Of a DNA stretch of 63,863 nucleotides, positions 62,142 to 63,863 are shown piece after piece. The notes below the pieces were generated by a model. That model saw nothing but the letters and a program-made list of their open reading frames with translations, made no database searches and was not told where the DNA came from. The stretch comes from Myxococcota bacterium. GTDB taxonomy: Bacteria > Myxococcota > XYA12-FULL-58-9 > JALHOP01. The position numbers were made by a program, and so were the translations under genes. Position 1 is the stretch's first letter. Every line of letters starts with the position of its first letter. The stretch lies in the NCBI GenBank assembly GCA_041288095.1, contig JBGGMJ010000175.1, forward strand, positions 1 to 63,863, read 5' to 3'.

Positions 62142-63001
62142 GCCGCGTCCCATCCCGAGTCACCACCGCGTTCGGCGTGCACGTACGCGGCACGCCGTTG
62201 TGGATCGACGCCGCGACCAAACGGCCGCTCTGCGTCGTGACTAGCCTGATCGACCGCTTGCCGCCGGCCCACGTGCGCTTGCTCGCGACCGTCGAGCTCG
62301 CGCGCTTGCTCGCCGCGGCCGGGCACAAGAGCAAGGTGTTGCCCACGCCTCGCGACCGCTGGGTCGGCGTCGGCGGTGAGCGTCTGCAGCTCGTCGAAGC
62401 CGGGCCGCACGGGCTCGCGGCGGGTGCGCAGGTGACCCTCGCCGATGAGATCGTCTTGGTCACGGGGCCGTTACGCGCCGCCGCCGTCGATTGGCCCCGT
62501 GCCGATCATATCGTCGCGCACCTGCCGGCCTTGCAGCACCGTGGCGAAGAGCTAGACGCCACCGCCGACGTCATCGCCAAGGCCGCGGCCCGTGACCGCT
62601 GTAGCGTACGTGTCGAAAGTCTCGAGGTTGCCGAGGCCCTGATCAGCGCTTTGCACGGCCGCGGTGTCGTCTGCAGCGGCCGCGGCCTCGTGCGTCACCT
62701 CGAGGCGCCGCAGCGCACACCCGGTCGCGTGAGCGTGGGCTTGGGACGCTTGGCGCATGCCGGGGTGGGGCGCAGCATCGACGTCGACTCGGGCTTGCGG
62801 CGGCTCCGCGGGAGCGCCGTCCAGCGTGTCGCCCTGCGCTGGTATGCCGACCGCAAAGCGGTCGAAGACCTTGCCCAAGCGACCGGGGTTCGCCGACTAA
62901 CGTTGGTGGGGAGCCGCGATCCGCGGCTAAACCTACCCGGCGAGGTGACGTGGCGTAGCGAGCCGCAGCAATTGGTGCTGGAGGCGGCCGCAGAGGGTTG
63001 A
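62138..63001 (+). CDS. Hypothetical protein, degenerate metallo-beta-lactamase-fold nuclease-like
   Basis: GTGA overlap; GVHVRGTPLWIDA, LQLVEAG..LAAGAQV, LVTGPL, YAD...L..ATG.RRL.LV; no HxHxDH. Confidence 0.55.
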   Translation: MSRVPSRVTTAFGVHVRGTPLWIDAATKRPLCVVTSLIDRLPPAHVRLLATVELARLLAAAGHKSKVLPTPRDRWVGVGGERLQLVEAGPHGLAAGAQVTLADEIVLVTGPLRAAAVDWPRADHIVAHLPALQHRGEELDATADVIAKAAARDRCSVRVESLEVAEALISALHGRGVVCSGRGLVRHLEAPQRTPGRVSVGLGRLAHAGVGRSIDVDSGLRRLRGSAVQRVALRWYADRKAVEDLAQATGVRRLTLVGSRDPRLNLPGEVTWRSEPQQLVLEAAAEG

Positions 63002-63057
63002 AAATTGAGGGGCTTCCGGGGATTGTGTTAGCTCCCGTTCCCCAATCGAGAGAGCGC

Positions 63058-63863
63058 GTGTCCAAGCCTAGAAGCGTAAAGCCCAACGCCGCGGCACCGG
63101 CCGGCGACCCGCCACGGCGTACCTGGCTGTCGCTCTTCGTCCGTCTGGCGATCTTCTTCACGCTGACAGGGACGGTGGCGGCGAGCACCATGCTGCTCGG
63201 CATTTACTTCTACTACGCGCCGACCCTCCCCGAGTTCCACTCGCTCGAGGACTACCACCCCAAGATCGGCACGCGCATCTACTCGGGCGACAACCAGCTC
63301 ATCGGCGAGTTCGCAGCCGAGCGCCGCGTCCTCGTCGACTACGACCAAGTGCCGCCACTGCTCTTCCAGGCGTTCATCTCGGCCGAAGACAAACGTTTCT
63401 GGGATCACGGCGGCGTCGACGTGCTTGGCATCATGCAGGCGGCTTTCGACAAGATTCGCAAGGGCGGAAAGCTGCGCGGCGCCTCGACCATCACCCAGCA
63501 GGCAGCCAAGTCCTTGCTGGCGATCAACGAGAGCTACGAGACCGCGACCGAACGGTCGTTCGAGCGCAAGATCCGCGAGGCCTTGCTCGCCATCCGGCTC
63601 GAGCAAGCGCTGACCAAGCGAGAGATCCTCTACATCTATAGCAATCAGATCTTCCTCGGGTATCAGGCGTACGGCGTTCAGGCCGCCGCGGAACACTACT
63701 TCCGCAAGAACGTCTGGGAGCTCACCCTCGCTGAGATGGCGACGTTCGCTGGTCTGCCACAGCGGCCAAGCGACTACTCGCCGGTGTCGAACCCCGAGAA
63801 GGCTCTGGCGCGACGCAAATACGTCTTGCGCCGCATGCTCGAGGACGGCGCCATCAACCAGGC
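63058..63863 (+). CDS. mrcA: Penicillin-binding protein 1A (5' part; runs off window)
   Basis: Manual translation: TM anchor, AEDKRFWDHGGVD, GASTITQQAAK, RKIRE, K.EIL.IY.NQIFLG..AYGV.AAA..YF. Confidence 0.92.
   Translation, partial: MSKPRSVKPNAAAPAGDPPRRTWLSLFVRLAIFFTLTGTVAASTMLLGIYFYYAPTLPEFHSLEDYHPKIGTRIYSGDNQLIGEFAAERRVLVDYDQVPPLLFQAFISAEDKRFWDHGGVDVLGIMQAAFDKIRKGGKLRGASTITQQAAKSLLAINESYETATERSFERKIREALLAIRLEQALTKREILYIYSNQIFLGYQAYGVQAAAEHYFRKNVWELTLAEMATFAGLPQRPSDYSPVSNPEKALARRKYVLRRMLEDGAINQ

Overview
High-GC bacterial chromosomal window. Gene content (FHA-GAF-cyclase, Ser/Thr kinase-sigma54 activator fusion, cysteine-rich CGDG repeats, icd-mdh-sdhCAB) points to a Myxococcota/deltaproteobacterial host (inference). 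It holds about 57 CDS plus one tRNA(CAT). Housekeeping blocks (ybbAP/tesA-like, RlmI-like methyltransferase, LemA-TPM-TPM, TCA operon, fabI, dut, PBP1A) alternate with accessory signalling, efflux and orphan lipoprotein genes. Main signals: (1) an apparently 5'-truncated HNH-nuclease ORF enclosed by ~190-bp imperfect inverted repeats, whose outer 74 bp match at 71/74 and whose inner ends are 24-bp palindromes; (2) two unrelated, signal-peptide-less orphan genes 43 kb apart, one a 1192-aa beta-rich protein, sharing a sigma28-like promoter plus an alignable 39-nt leader; (3) a self-contained sigma54 circuit (activator, palindromic UAS, -24/-12 promoter, lipoprotein targets); (4) a CheB-CheR-kinase hybrid split by one in-frame TAA; (5) several catalytically degenerate signalling domains. 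No CRISPR array, integrase or DDE transposase was recognised. All calls are by-eye motif recognition; no database searches were run.
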